The notes beneath the pieces were generated by a model that had not been told where the DNA came from, ran no database searches, and saw only the letters and a program-made list of their open reading frames with translations. Shown here one piece after another: positions 20,255 to 30,300 of a stretch of DNA of 64,000 nt. This DNA comes from Oscillospiraceae bacterium. GTDB lineage: Bacteria; Bacillota; Clostridia; Oscillospirales; CAG-272. The translations under genes and the position numbers were made by a program. The DNA is taken from assembly GCA_015064735.1 (NCBI GenBank), contig SVRP01000006.1, positions 38,037 to 102,036 on the forward strand, read 5' to 3'. How positions within the stretch are numbered: the stretch's first letter is position 1; each line of letters opens with the position of its first letter.

Positions 20255-20298
20255 TAAAGTAGGCAATCGTCTATGTATCAAAATTACAGTTATTTGCC

Positions 20299-20344
20299 AA
20301 CAAAAACAGAACATTTGTCTACCGACAAATGTTCTGTTTTTGTT
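20299..20344 (+). terminator. terminator with perfect 21-bp inverted repeat
   Basis: AACAAAAACAGAACATTTGTC-TACC-GACAAATGTTCTGTTTTTGTT. Confidence 0.8.
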
Positions 20345-20575
20345 TATCCAAGCCGCAGGCTTGGTATATCATCGCCGCACGAAGTGCGGTGCATATCATC
20401 AAGGGCGGCAAGCCGCCCTTGTATCTCATCACGCGCCAGCGTGCATTTTGCCTGCGGCTTGATGCAATAAGGGCGTAGCCCGTCATTCGCCGAAGGCATA
20501 TACAACACTTCGTGTTGGTGATATACCGCAACAAGTTGCGGATAATATACACGCCTTCGGCGTGATTGGGACGCG
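20343..20575. repeat. modular multi-hairpin interspersed repeat, copy 2
   Basis: Direct repeat of 19515-19713 with different central hairpin modules at 20465-20520. Confidence 0.92.
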
Positions 20576-20591
20576 AGATTGCGGAAAGTTC

Positions 20592-20620
20592 TTGAATTAC
20601 TTTGCAAAATATGATATAAT
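20592..20620 (+). promoter_or_regulatory. sigma-A promoter of the 20721 gene
   Basis: TTGAAT-N17-TATAAT with extended TG. Confidence 0.75.
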
Positions 20621-20720
20621 GCTTTCGAGGTAAGTGATTGTATGGCTAAAAAATATTTATTGATCTATTCGGAGCAACTTGTTTGCTGTGCCGCCTCAAT
20701 CTATTAAAAGGAGTAAAAAT

Positions 20721-21326
20721 ATGAAAAAAGTACTATCTTTAATCTTGGTATTTGTATTTCTTTTTTGTTTTACATCCTGCTCATTTTTTAACCGCTTCAA
20801 AGGCGATATGAGTAAAATTGATTTCGATGAAGATAAAAATTTATTGTACAGCGGGAACACGTATTACCGTGCAGACGATCGCTTTACGGTTTGGACAGAT
20901 GAAGATGTGGTTGAAATTGGATGGCACTCTCAATTCCCCTTTTTCCCCGATATGCACTATTATGTTTTTAATGACGAAAACCCTTTATTCATTTTCTGTG
21001 CCAATGGAAAAAGCAGTGTGTATTTCAGTTTGTTTTTCAGGTCGGATTATGATCTTTACGGTGCCGTATACACGGTCAATAATACCGACATTGAGATAGT
21101 TCTTAACTCTGACATATTGCCAAGCGACGTCAACGCTTCCGCAATAAAATACGAATATTCGCAGCAATTCCACATGCGCTTAAAGGATGACTCCCGTGTT
21201 CGGGTAGAGTTCTCGGGACCGTATAAGCATGGCGATAACTGGTATTTTTTGCACTCGGACAATGCTTGGCTCTTAAGCGACCAATTTGTTACGATGTTAA
21301 TAAATAACGGTATTATAAACGAATAA
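20721..21326 (+). CDS. hypothetical lipoprotein
   Basis: AGGAG RBS, MKK signal peptide with lipobox FTSC; aromatic-rich mature part. Confidence 0.75.
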   Translation: MKKVLSLILVFVFLFCFTSCSFFNRFKGDMSKIDFDEDKNLLYSGNTYYRADDRFTVWTDEDVVEIGWHSQFPFFPDMHYYVFNDENPLFIFCANGKSSVYFSLFFRSDYDLYGAVYTVNNTDIEIVLNSDILPSDVNASAIKYEYSQQFHMRLKDDSRVRVEFSGPYKHGDNWYFLHSDNAWLLSDQFVTMLINNGIINE

Positions 21327-21346
21327 TTCTTGTATTATTTCAAACT

Positions 21347-21382
21347 AAAAGAACTGCTTTGCGGTAGCAAAGCAGTTCTTTT
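21347..21382. terminator. bidirectional terminator
   Basis: AAAAGAACTGCTTTGC-GGTA-GCAAAGCAGTTCTTTT. Confidence 0.8.
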
Positions 21383-21386
21383 TCTG

Positions 21387-22058
21387 TTACATCACATAAA
21401 ATATCACAGCCATTGAATGGCAAAGACTGCCGATGACGGTAAATATATGGAATACCGAGTGAAAATACCTTTTCTTCACCGAAAAGAAGTAAACTCCGAA
21501 TGTATAAAACAGTCCCCCAAGAAGAACCAGCATAAACCCTTTGTGTCCGAGACTTCTATAGGTTTGCGGAATCGAAAACACAACAGCCCAGCCCATTGCG
21601 ATATAACATATCATGCTGAACGACTTATACTTTTTCAGGTCAATGGCATTCAGCGTCATCGCCAATATTGCCGTTCCCCAGACAAGAGCAAAGGTTCCCC
21701 ATGCGGCAAGCGGATAATCTTTCGCCACCGAGCATACAAGAATGGGAGTATAAGTTCCCGATATGAGAAAATATATAGAACAGTGATCCATTATCTGAAA
21801 CACCTTTTTCGCCGTATTCGGACGCAGTCCGTGATAAATGCTTGACATGGTATACAGAGTTATCATGGAAAGTCCGAACATAGCTCCGCAGAGCACTCCC
21901 ACTGTTTTTCCGTTAAATGCCGATATCACCACGCAAAGCACGAGGGTTATTACCCCCACAGCTCCGCCTACTATATGACTTACCATATTGAATATCTCTT
22001 CGCCCTTGGTATAAAAGGGTAAAATTCTGTCCTTCAGCACTACTCTTTTTGTTAACAC
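21387..22058 (-). CDS. hemolysin III / PAQR family membrane protein
   Basis: EEIFNMVSH, SSIYHGL, DHCSIYFLISGTYTP, HSVFHIF. Confidence 0.92.
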   Translation of the reverse strand: MLTKRVVLKDRILPFYTKGEEIFNMVSHIVGGAVGVITLVLCVVISAFNGKTVGVLCGAMFGLSMITLYTMSSIYHGLRPNTAKKVFQIMDHCSIYFLISGTYTPILVCSVAKDYPLAAWGTFALVWGTAILAMTLNAIDLKKYKSFSMICYIAMGWAVVFSIPQTYRSLGHKGFMLVLLGGLFYTFGVYFFSVKKRYFHSVFHIFTVIGSLCHSMAVIFYVM

Positions 22059-22195
22059 GTCTTTTACCTCCTCAAAATATAGTTTTTAATACTACATTGT
22101 ATAGTTATTATATCACAGATTTTTAAAATTATCAATACATTATATGAAAATTTTTAAAAAAATTTCGGGAAGAGCCATTGACTCTTCCCGATTTT

Positions 22196-23803
22196 TTAAT
22201 AGGTTATATATTTTTCTCTTTTTTGAACTATCTCGTTCACTGCATGGAAATTATTGGTCAGAATAACGTCTATACCCATATCAAGAAATCTTTCTGCTTC
22301 CTCGGGATCATCCGACCAAAATACGTTACATATAATTCCGTTTGCATGCGCCTTATCTATCATTTCCTGATTAAAATATGGTTTAAATAGCTGAAGCTTC
22401 TTACAGCCGTATTTTATAGCCCTCTCAACTATTCCCCACGGGTCGTTTCCGCCGCCACAACAGCGCGTGATCTCGGGATATTCGTTTTGGAGACGTTCAA
22501 GCAAGGTGTCGCTTCCGCTCATAAAGTAAATATACTTTTCGCAGTCGTATTTTCTTATGAGTCTTACGACCTCGTGTAAATCCTCGGGGCGTTGACCGCA
22601 CTCCCCTTTAAGGTGGATATTCATTACGCAGTGGCAAGCGAATTTTTTCAGAATTTCCTCAAAGGTAACTATGCGCAGTCCCTTGAAGCTCTCTCCGCTT
22701 TTAGAACCGAAATCAAGCTTGCAAAGCTCTTCAAGGGTATATTCGGCAACCCTTCCCACGCCGTCCGAGACCCGTTCCAGCTTTGAGTCGTGAACCGACA
22801 CGGGAATTCCGTCCTTGGTAAATCTTATGTCGAATTCTATTTCCTCCGCACCCATGGCTACCGCTGCTCCAAACGCGGGCATGGTATTCTCCGGAGCCAC
22901 CTTATTAAATCCTCTGTGGGCGCAGGTTCTCGGATATTTCATTATCTCGTCGTATCTTACGATGGCGCTTCCGCCGGGACGGTATTTCCAAGGACGTCTT
23001 CCTTTTTCTATATACTCATAGTGAGCCGAAAGAGGATTTCCAAATCCGGCAGGCTTATAGTATTTCTTCTTGGGGTCGATGTCGACAGTTGCAAGTCCTA
23101 CCTTACTGTACATATTAAGAAGCACTTCTCCCGTGGGAGCAACTACCATAGAGGCTCCGCCTATATCCGAATTCTCGTCCATCGAAACAGATGAACGCAG
23201 TACGTATGCGTTTGTATTATAAGCAAGATTTTGGGACATTATCTGCAATGCAAGGTGAGTATCGCTTCGCTGATGTGAGCAGCCTATAACAACGTCAAGA
23301 TTCTGTCGTGCCATATTTGCGAACGCCTCGTAAAAATAAAAGTCATAGCAGGTCAAGAAGCCAAATCGTATTCCTTCCATTTCGATAACGGTAGGCTCGG
23401 AAAACTCAAAGCTGTAATCGCTGTCAAGGCGGGTCTTTGTAACCTCTCCCGGGGTAAGATGCTGTTTAAAGTAAAGCCCCTCAATCTCTCCCTTTCGGTT
23501 GATAGCATACGTAGTGTTTCTCTGCCTTCCTTCTTCACCGTATCTTGCGCAAACGAACACCATGGCATTACATCTTTTTGCAGTATCACTGCATACAGTC
23601 AGTATTCTGCTGTTGAATTTTTTCGATGACGCATATGCCTCCTCCTTGCTTCTTGCAAGACATGGAATGTCGCACATTTCCGGAAGAACGATAATATCCA
23701 TACTGTCGTCGCACTGCTCGATGAGCTTTAACTGTTTCTCAAAATAATACTCGGATTTTGAATAATCTGTAGAATACGCAGGTTGAATAATACAAACCTT
23801 CAT
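22196..23803 (-). CDS. CN-hydrolase (nitrilase fold)-glycerophosphodiester phosphodiesterase fusion
   Basis: N-half has E-K-C triad motifs VLPE, YFKQHL, TCYDFY; C-half has AHRG, PENT, EFDIRFTKDG, VHD. Confidence 0.85.
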   Translation of the reverse strand: MKVCIIQPAYSTDYSKSEYYFEKQLKLIEQCDDSMDIIVLPEMCDIPCLARSKEEAYASSKKFNSRILTVCSDTAKRCNAMVFVCARYGEEGRQRNTTYAINRKGEIEGLYFKQHLTPGEVTKTRLDSDYSFEFSEPTVIEMEGIRFGFLTCYDFYFYEAFANMARQNLDVVIGCSHQRSDTHLALQIMSQNLAYNTNAYVLRSSVSMDENSDIGGASMVVAPTGEVLLNMYSKVGLATVDIDPKKKYYKPAGFGNPLSAHYEYIEKGRRPWKYRPGGSAIVRYDEIMKYPRTCAHRGFNKVAPENTMPAFGAAVAMGAEEIEFDIRFTKDGIPVSVHDSKLERVSDGVGRVAEYTLEELCKLDFGSKSGESFKGLRIVTFEEILKKFACHCVMNIHLKGECGQRPEDLHEVVRLIRKYDCEKYIYFMSGSDTLLERLQNEYPEITRCCGGGNDPWGIVERAIKYGCKKLQLFKPYFNQEMIDKAHANGIICNVFWSDDPEEAERFLDMGIDVILTNNFHAVNEIVQKREKYITY

Positions 23804-23870
23804 GTTTTTTCCTCCTTATCTTGATAGCTTATTATAACACAGACTCTTAATTATTACAAGTGAATACAAG

Positions 23871-23908
23871 AAAAAATCTGCTCCCATGAAATGAGAGCAG
23901 ATTTTTTT
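23871..23908 (-). terminator. terminator after the DUF1667 gene
   Basis: AAAAAATCTGCTC..GAGCAGATTTTTTT. Confidence 0.75.
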
Positions 23909-23918
23909 CATAGTTGAA

Positions 23919-24272
23919 TCAGAGTGCTACGTTTCTGGTGGTAACGATATTAGCACCCGTTCCGAGAATATTCTCGATAACGATATCTCCAAGCTTTGCG
24001 TCCTTGGGAACGCGAACCTTATTAACTTCCTTCATAGCCTCGAAAAGAAGCTCCTTCGGAATAGTCTTATCGGTCTTTACGGGAACAACTCCGCCGCCTT
24101 CAACTGCCGCCGTGGTGGTAAGTGTTCTCATGGGTGCGGTGCACTCGGTCTCAGCGTAGGTAAGACCTCTCTTACAGGTATATCCGGTTACGGAAAGCAC
24201 CTTCTTGCCCTCAAGCTCAACCTTAAGCTGACAGCCCTTGGGACATACGATACAGGTTAAATCACGTGTCAT
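23919..24272 (-). CDS. DUF1667 family CxxC small metal-binding protein
   Basis: TCIVCPKGC, GYTCKRG..YA, PVKTDKTIPK, ENILGTG; third gene of the oxidoreductase trio. Confidence 0.85.
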   Translation of the reverse strand: MTRDLTCIVCPKGCQLKVELEGKKVLSVTGYTCKRGLTYAETECTAPMRTLTTTAAVEGGGVVPVKTDKTIPKELLFEAMKEVNKVRVPKDAKLGDIVIENILGTGANIVTTRNVAL

Positions 24273-24285
24273 TTCAATTTCCCCC

Positions 24286-25527
24286 TTATTCAATACTGAA
24301 GCTGATCTCGGACGACTTTATACCCGCGATCATATCCTTGGTGAGAGTAAGAGTTTCCATCTCACCGGGAGCAACCTTCTGCTTCTTCTTGCTGATAAGA
24401 ACCTCATCGCCGTCTCTTACAACAATCTTGATATCGCGGTAAACGTCGGCAACACGGAAGTAAACGGTTACGTCCTCTTCAGCGGTTATACGCTGAGGAA
24501 CGGTATATCTTACCTTTCCGTCGGTCTTGAGCTTGATGTTTCTGCCGTAGAGGGTCTCGCCGTTTATGTATCTGACGGCTGCCTTACCGGCAATCTCAGC
24601 TTCCTCGGAAACATAGTCAACAAGGTCGTGAACGTGAAGAACGTTTCCGCAGGAGAAGATTCCCTCGGTCTCGGTCTGACGGTTCTGGTCAACCATAGCG
24701 CCTCCCGTGATGGGACTCAAGGGGATATTTGCACTCTTGGTAAGCTCGTTTTCGGGGAGAAGTCCGCAAGAAAGGAGAAGTGTGTCGCACTCTATATACT
24801 GACGGGTCTCGGGAATAGGCTTACGTCTTTCGTCAACCTTTGCAATGGTAACACCCGTAACTCTGTCATCACCGTGTATCTCCACTACAGTGTGGCTGAG
24901 CATAAGTGGAATGTTGAAATCGTTGAGGCACTGCTCGATATTTCTTGCGAGTCCGCCCGAGTAAGGCATAAGCTCACAAACAGCCTTTACCTCAGCGCCC
25001 TCAAAGGTCATTCTTCTTGCCATTATAAGTCCGATATCGCCCGAACCGAGAATAACTACCTTCTTACCGGGCATATATCCGTCCATGTTTACAAATTTCT
25101 GAGCAGTTCCCGCGGTAAAGATACCCGAAGGACGCTTTCCGCAGATGTTAAGAGCTCCCTTGGGACGCTCACGGCAGCCCATAGCAAGGATTATTGCCTT
25201 TGCCTCAACGGTGAACATACCGTCCTCGCTGTTCATAGCGGTAATAACCTTATTGGGGGCTATATCAAGTACCATTGTGTTAAGCTTAAAGGCAATATTT
25301 CTCTCTCTTACCTGAAGCTCATAGCGGTATGCATACTCGGGACCGGTAAGCTCCTCCTTGAAACGGTGGAGACCGAAGCCGTTGTGAATACACTGACGGA
25401 GAATACCGCCAAGGGACTTATCGCGCTCAAGAATGAGTATGCTGCGAAGTCCTGCATCGTATGCGGCAACAGCCGCACTCATTCCTGCGGGACCGCCGCC
25501 TATAATTACGAGATCAACCTTTGTCAT
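24286..25527 (-). CDS. FAD-dependent pyridine nucleotide-disulfide oxidoreductase (glycerol-3-P oxidoreductase-type subunit)
   Basis: GGGPAG, GGILRQCIHNGFG, ILGSGDIGLIMARR, GNVLHVHDLVD. Confidence 0.85.
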   Translation of the reverse strand: MTKVDLVIIGGGPAGMSAAVAAYDAGLRSILILERDKSLGGILRQCIHNGFGLHRFKEELTGPEYAYRYELQVRERNIAFKLNTMVLDIAPNKVITAMNSEDGMFTVEAKAIILAMGCRERPKGALNICGKRPSGIFTAGTAQKFVNMDGYMPGKKVVILGSGDIGLIMARRMTFEGAEVKAVCELMPYSGGLARNIEQCLNDFNIPLMLSHTVVEIHGDDRVTGVTIAKVDERRKPIPETRQYIECDTLLLSCGLLPENELTKSANIPLSPITGGAMVDQNRQTETEGIFSCGNVLHVHDLVDYVSEEAEIAGKAAVRYINGETLYGRNIKLKTDGKVRYTVPQRITAEEDVTVYFRVADVYRDIKIVVRDGDEVLISKKKQKVAPGEMETLTLTKDMIAGIKSSEISFSIE

Positions 25528-25528
25528 A

Positions 25529-26965
25529 TCAGTTATCCCCCTTTGTCTTTTCGTAGTTAATTACAGAGCCCTTACCGAACTTTGTTACGCCGGTAAAGTC
25601 CATACCGTTTTCTCTTGCGAGAATATCAACGACTATGGGAGAACAGAAGCCGCCCTGACAGCGTCCCATTCCGCTTCTTGTACGGCGCTTGATACCGTCA
25701 ACGTCGGTTGCCTTGGGATTGGTGTGAATAGCCTCAACTATCTCTCCCTCGGTAATTCCCTCACAGCGGCATACGATACGTCCGTATCTGGGATCCTTTT
25801 TGATTATCTCATTCTTCTTTTCCATAGAAAGGCTGTGGAAATAGTGAGCGGGCTTACGTATGGGATTGTAGTCAGCCTTTACGTTTGCCTCAAAGCCCAT
25901 CTCGTTCTTAAGCATTTCATCTATATACTCGGCAATAGCGGGAGCGGAGGAAAGTCCGGGGCTCTCGATTCCCGCAAGAGTGATTACGTTGTCGCGGTGT
26001 CTTATTATAAAATCTCCCGTGCTTCCAACTGCGCGCAAACCTGTAAATGAAGTTATTACCTTATTGAAAGGAATGTTTGCTACGTTATCGCTTGCCTTGG
26101 AGAAGATGGTAGCAAATCCTTCGGGGGTCGTGGAGGTATCGTTCTTATCCTCTATGTCGGTTGCCGTAGGTCCGAGAAGAAGGTTTCCGTCAACTGTGGG
26201 AGAAACGAGAATTCCCTTACCCATCTTTGTAGGAGTGTGGAATATGGTTCTCTGAGTAAATGCGCCGCATTCCTTATCAAGTACCATATACTCACCGCGT
26301 CTGGGGTGAACGTCAAAGTCGCAGTCGCCTGTCATAGCGGCAATTTTATCGGAATAAACTCCTGCACTGTTGATAACGATTCCTGCTTCAACAACGTCTC
26401 CCTTTGCGGAGGTTATTTTGTAGCCGTCTGCCGTTTTTTCGATATTCGCAACCTCAAAGTTGAGTTTAAGATCAGCTCCGTTATCCATAGCGTTTCCTAC
26501 TGCCGCAATGCAAAGCTCATAGGGGCATACGATTGCGCTGGTAGGAGCAAGCAGAGCGCAAGTAAGGTCGGGATTTATATTGGGTTCAAGAGCACGAAGC
26601 TCGTCCTTCTCAACGATACGAAGTCCGGGAACACCGTTACGAATGCCTCTTTCGTAAATGTCCTCGACCTCTGCTCTTTCATTCTCAAACGCAACTACGA
26701 GAGCCTCGTTGTTCTTGTACTTAACACCGAGCTCCTTGGTAACCGTAGGCATAAGGATCGAGCCTCTTACGTTGAGCTTTGCCTTAAGGGAGCCTTCCTT
26801 TGCGTCAAAACCTGCGTGAACGATTGCACTGTTAGCCTTGGTTGCTCCCATAGCAACGTCGTTTTCCTTTTCAAGAATACACAGGGTCTTGTCGTATTTT
26901 GCAAGTGTGCGTGCGATCATACCGCCTACTACACCTGCGCCGATAATCACGATATCGTACTTCAT
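25529..26965 (-). CDS. FAD-dependent oxidoreductase with C-terminal BFD-like [2Fe-2S] domain (GlpA/LhgO-like)
   Basis: IIGAGVVG, TKANSAIVHAGFD, SPGLSSAPAI, VCRCE, GMGRCQGGFC; start at MKYDIV. Confidence 0.88.
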   Translation of the reverse strand: MKYDIVIIGAGVVGGMIARTLAKYDKTLCILEKENDVAMGATKANSAIVHAGFDAKEGSLKAKLNVRGSILMPTVTKELGVKYKNNEALVVAFENERAEVEDIYERGIRNGVPGLRIVEKDELRALEPNINPDLTCALLAPTSAIVCPYELCIAAVGNAMDNGADLKLNFEVANIEKTADGYKITSAKGDVVEAGIVINSAGVYSDKIAAMTGDCDFDVHPRRGEYMVLDKECGAFTQRTIFHTPTKMGKGILVSPTVDGNLLLGPTATDIEDKNDTSTTPEGFATIFSKASDNVANIPFNKVITSFTGLRAVGSTGDFIIRHRDNVITLAGIESPGLSSAPAIAEYIDEMLKNEMGFEANVKADYNPIRKPAHYFHSLSMEKKNEIIKKDPRYGRIVCRCEGITEGEIVEAIHTNPKATDVDGIKRRTRSGMGRCQGGFCSPIVVDILARENGMDFTGVTKFGKGSVINYEKTKGDN

Positions 26966-27325
26966 TGTCTGCTTTCCTCTCTTTTTATTTTTTGGATTTT
27001 TTGCAGAAAAAAGGCACGTCAAAAGAACGGAACCAAATTCCGCGCTTTTTTCGTGCATCTCCAAATCTCTGCATTAAATATTCACATACGATGATTATAT
27101 CACATTTTTTCAATATTGTCAAGTCGCTTTTAGAATTTTTTCGTTATTTTTATTTTTGGCGAGCGCGGTGCATATTATGTGAATTTTTTCTAAAAATTCT
27201 AAGACTTTTCTCAAAAAAATTCGTTTTATCTATTTACATATTCAATTATTTGTGTTATCATATTAGGTGGCGAATAATAATTTCAATATTCATTATTAAC
27301 TATATTTTTATGGAGGTCAAACATC

Positions 27326-30300
27326 ATGGCTATTGAAAGAAAAAAACTGTCAATGGACGGTAACACAGCCGCGGCGCACGTTTCTTACGCGTTTACCGAG
27401 GTTGCTGCTATCTACCCCATTACCCCTTCTTCGGTTATGGCTGAGCTCACCGACGCTTGGTCCGCTACCGGATTGAAGAACATTATGGGTGAAACGGTAA
27501 AGGTTACTGAAATGCAGTCCGAGGCCGGTGCCGCAGGTACCGTTCACGGTTCTCTTGCAGCAGGCGCTCTTACCACCACCTACACCGCATCTCAGGGTCT
27601 TCTTCTGATGATCCCCAACATGTACAAGATCGCGGGTGAGCTTCTTCCCTGCGTTATCCACGTTTCCGCTCGTTGCGTTGCGTCTCACGCACTCAACATC
27701 TTCGGAGACCACTCCGACGTTTACGCTTGCCGCCAGACCGGTTTCGCAATGATGGCAAACACCAACGCTCAGGAAGTTATGGACCTCGGTGCCGTTGCTC
27801 ACCTCGCAACCATTAAGGGCAGAGTTCCTTTCGTAAACTTCTTCGACGGATTCCGTACTTCTCACGAGATCTCCAAGGTTTCCGTTTGGGACTACAAGGA
27901 TCTTGAGGAAATGGTTGACAAGGATGCGATCGCTGCATTCCGCGCTCGCGCTATCAACCCCGAGCATCCCGTTCTCCGCGGCTCCGCTGAAAACGGTGAC
28001 ATCTTCTTCCAGCACAGAGAAGCTTGCAACTCTTACTATGACGCTCTTCCCGCTATCGTTGAGGAGTACATGGATAAGGTTAACGAGAAGATCGGTACTA
28101 ACTACAAGCTCTTCAACTACTACGGTGCTCCCGATGCTGAGCGCGTAATCGTTGCTATGGGCTCTATCTGTGACGTTGCAGAGGAAGTTATCGACTACCT
28201 CCTCGCTAAGGGCGAAAAGGTTGGTCTCGTTAAGGTTCGTCTCTACCGTCCTTTCGTAGCCGCAAAGCTTATCGAGGCTCTTCCCAAGACCGCAAAGAAG
28301 ATCGCGGTTCTTGACAGAACCAAGGAGCCCGGCTCTCTCGGTGAGCCTCTCTACCTCGACGTTGTTACCGCTCTCGCTACTAACGGCGTCAGCGCAAAGA
28401 TCGTTGGCGGACGTTACGGTCTCGGATCTAAGGATACCACTCCCGCATCTATCTTCGCTACCTTCGAGAACCTCAATGCTGATGAGCCTAAGAACAACTT
28501 CACTATCGGTATCGTAGACGACGTTACCGGACTTTCTCTTGAGGAAAAGCCCGCTCCCGATACCGCTCCCACCGACATGATCCAGTGCAAGTTCTGGGGT
28601 CTTGGCGGAGACGGAACCGTTGGTGCAAACAAGAACTCCATTAAGATCATCGGCGACCACACCGACAAGTTTATTCAGGCATACTTCCAGTATGACTCCA
28701 AGAAGACCGGCGGCGTAACCATTTCTCACCTCCGTTTCGGAGACAGCCCCATCAAGTCTTCCTACTATATTAACAAGGCAGACTTCGTTGCATGCCATAA
28801 CAGCTCTTACCTTGCAAAGTATGACATGATCTCCGACGTTAAGCCCGGCGGAACCTTCCTTCTTGACTGCCAGTGGAGCGACGAGGAGCTTGACGCTCAT
28901 CTTCCCGCTTCGGTTAAGAGCTACATAGCAAAGAACAACATCAAGTTCTACACCATCAACGCAACAAAGCTTGCTCTCGACCTCGGTAACGGTAAGGTTA
29001 AGAACACCGTTCTTCAGTCCGCATTCTTTGCTCTCGCAAAGATCCTTCCCACGGCTGATGCTATCGAGTACATGAAGTATATGGCAACTAAGTCCTACCT
29101 CAAGAAGGGTCAGGCAATAGTTGACCTCAACCACAAGGCTATCGATGCAGGTAAGGATGCTCTTCATGAGGTTGCGGTTCCCGCAGCTTGGGCAAACGCA
29201 GGTGAGACCGCTCCCGCAGCTAAGGTTACCGGCGAGCGTCAGGATCTCGTTGATTTCGTCAACGACATCGTTCTTCCCGTTGTTGGAATGAAGGGTGATT
29301 CCCTTAAGGTTTCCGACTTCACAAAGTACGCTGACGGCACATTCCCCCAGGGCTCCGCAGCTTACGAAAAGAGAGGCGTTGCAGTATTCGTTCCCAAGTG
29401 GAATCCCGAAACCTGTATCCAGTGTAACAGCTGTGCTTTCGTATGTCCTCATGCGGCTATCCGTCCCTTCGCTATGAACGCTGACGAAGCAGCAAAGGCT
29501 CCCGAAGCTACCAAGTTCACCGCAAAGCCGGTTATGAAGACCGACTACAAGTTCACCATGGCAATTTCTCCTATGGACTGTATGGGTTGTACCCTCTGCG
29601 TAAAGGCATGTCCCGTTACCGCAAATTCCGCTAAGACCGGCAAGGCTCCCGCTATGGAGATGGTTCCGATCGCAACTCAGATGGATCAGCAGGCTCCCTT
29701 CGATTACGCAGTTGCTAACGTTTCCGAAAAGCCAGAGCTTATTAACGCAACCGTTAAGGGAAGCCAGTTCAAGCAGCCCCTTCTCGAGTTCTCCGGCTCT
29801 TGTGCAGGATGCGCAGAGACCTCTTACGCTCGTCTTATTACACAGCTCTTCGGTGAGAGAATGTATATCTCCAACGCTACCGGATGTTCTTCTATCTGGG
29901 GTGGCTCCGCTCCCGCAACTCCTTACACTGTAAACAAGGAGTCCGGCAGAGGTCCCGCATGGGCTAACTCCCTCTTTGAGGACAACGCTGAGCACGGTCT
30001 CGGTATGGCTCTCGGTCAGAAGACAATTCGCGAGAAGCTCATAGGCAAGGTTAAGGCGATGGCAGAATCCGACAAGGCTTCCGACGAGTTCAAGGCTGCC
30101 GCTAAGGCTTACCTTGATACCAAGGACAACGGCAAGGAAAACGAGGCTGCTACCAAGGCTCTTATCGCTGAGCTTGAAAAGGCTGCAGCACAGGGCTGTC
30201 CCACAGCTCCCGCGATCCTCGCTGAAAAGGATTACCTCGCTAAGAAGTCCATCTGGATCTTCGGTGGAGACGGTTGGGCATACGATATCGGATTTGGCGG

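Noticed and set aside
19515-20575. CRISPR array interpretation of the repeat
   Set aside because: Constant parts are only ~9 nt, variable parts are palindromes of 9-20 nt, orientation flips midway, and no cas genes are present.
19434-20607. Short ORFs inside the repeats (MIYQACGLD.., YHQGRQAAL..)
   Set aside because: They recur only because the DNA repeat recurs; they are spurious translations of palindromic DNA.
19392-21400. Prophage or integrative element at tRNA-Ser
   Set aside because: No integrase, no duplicated tRNA 3' end (attR) found, and no phage or conjugation genes.
27177-27195. Rex operator upstream of nifJ
   Set aside because: ATGTGAATTTTTTCTAAA deviates at several positions from the palindromic consensus and lies in very AT-rich DNA.
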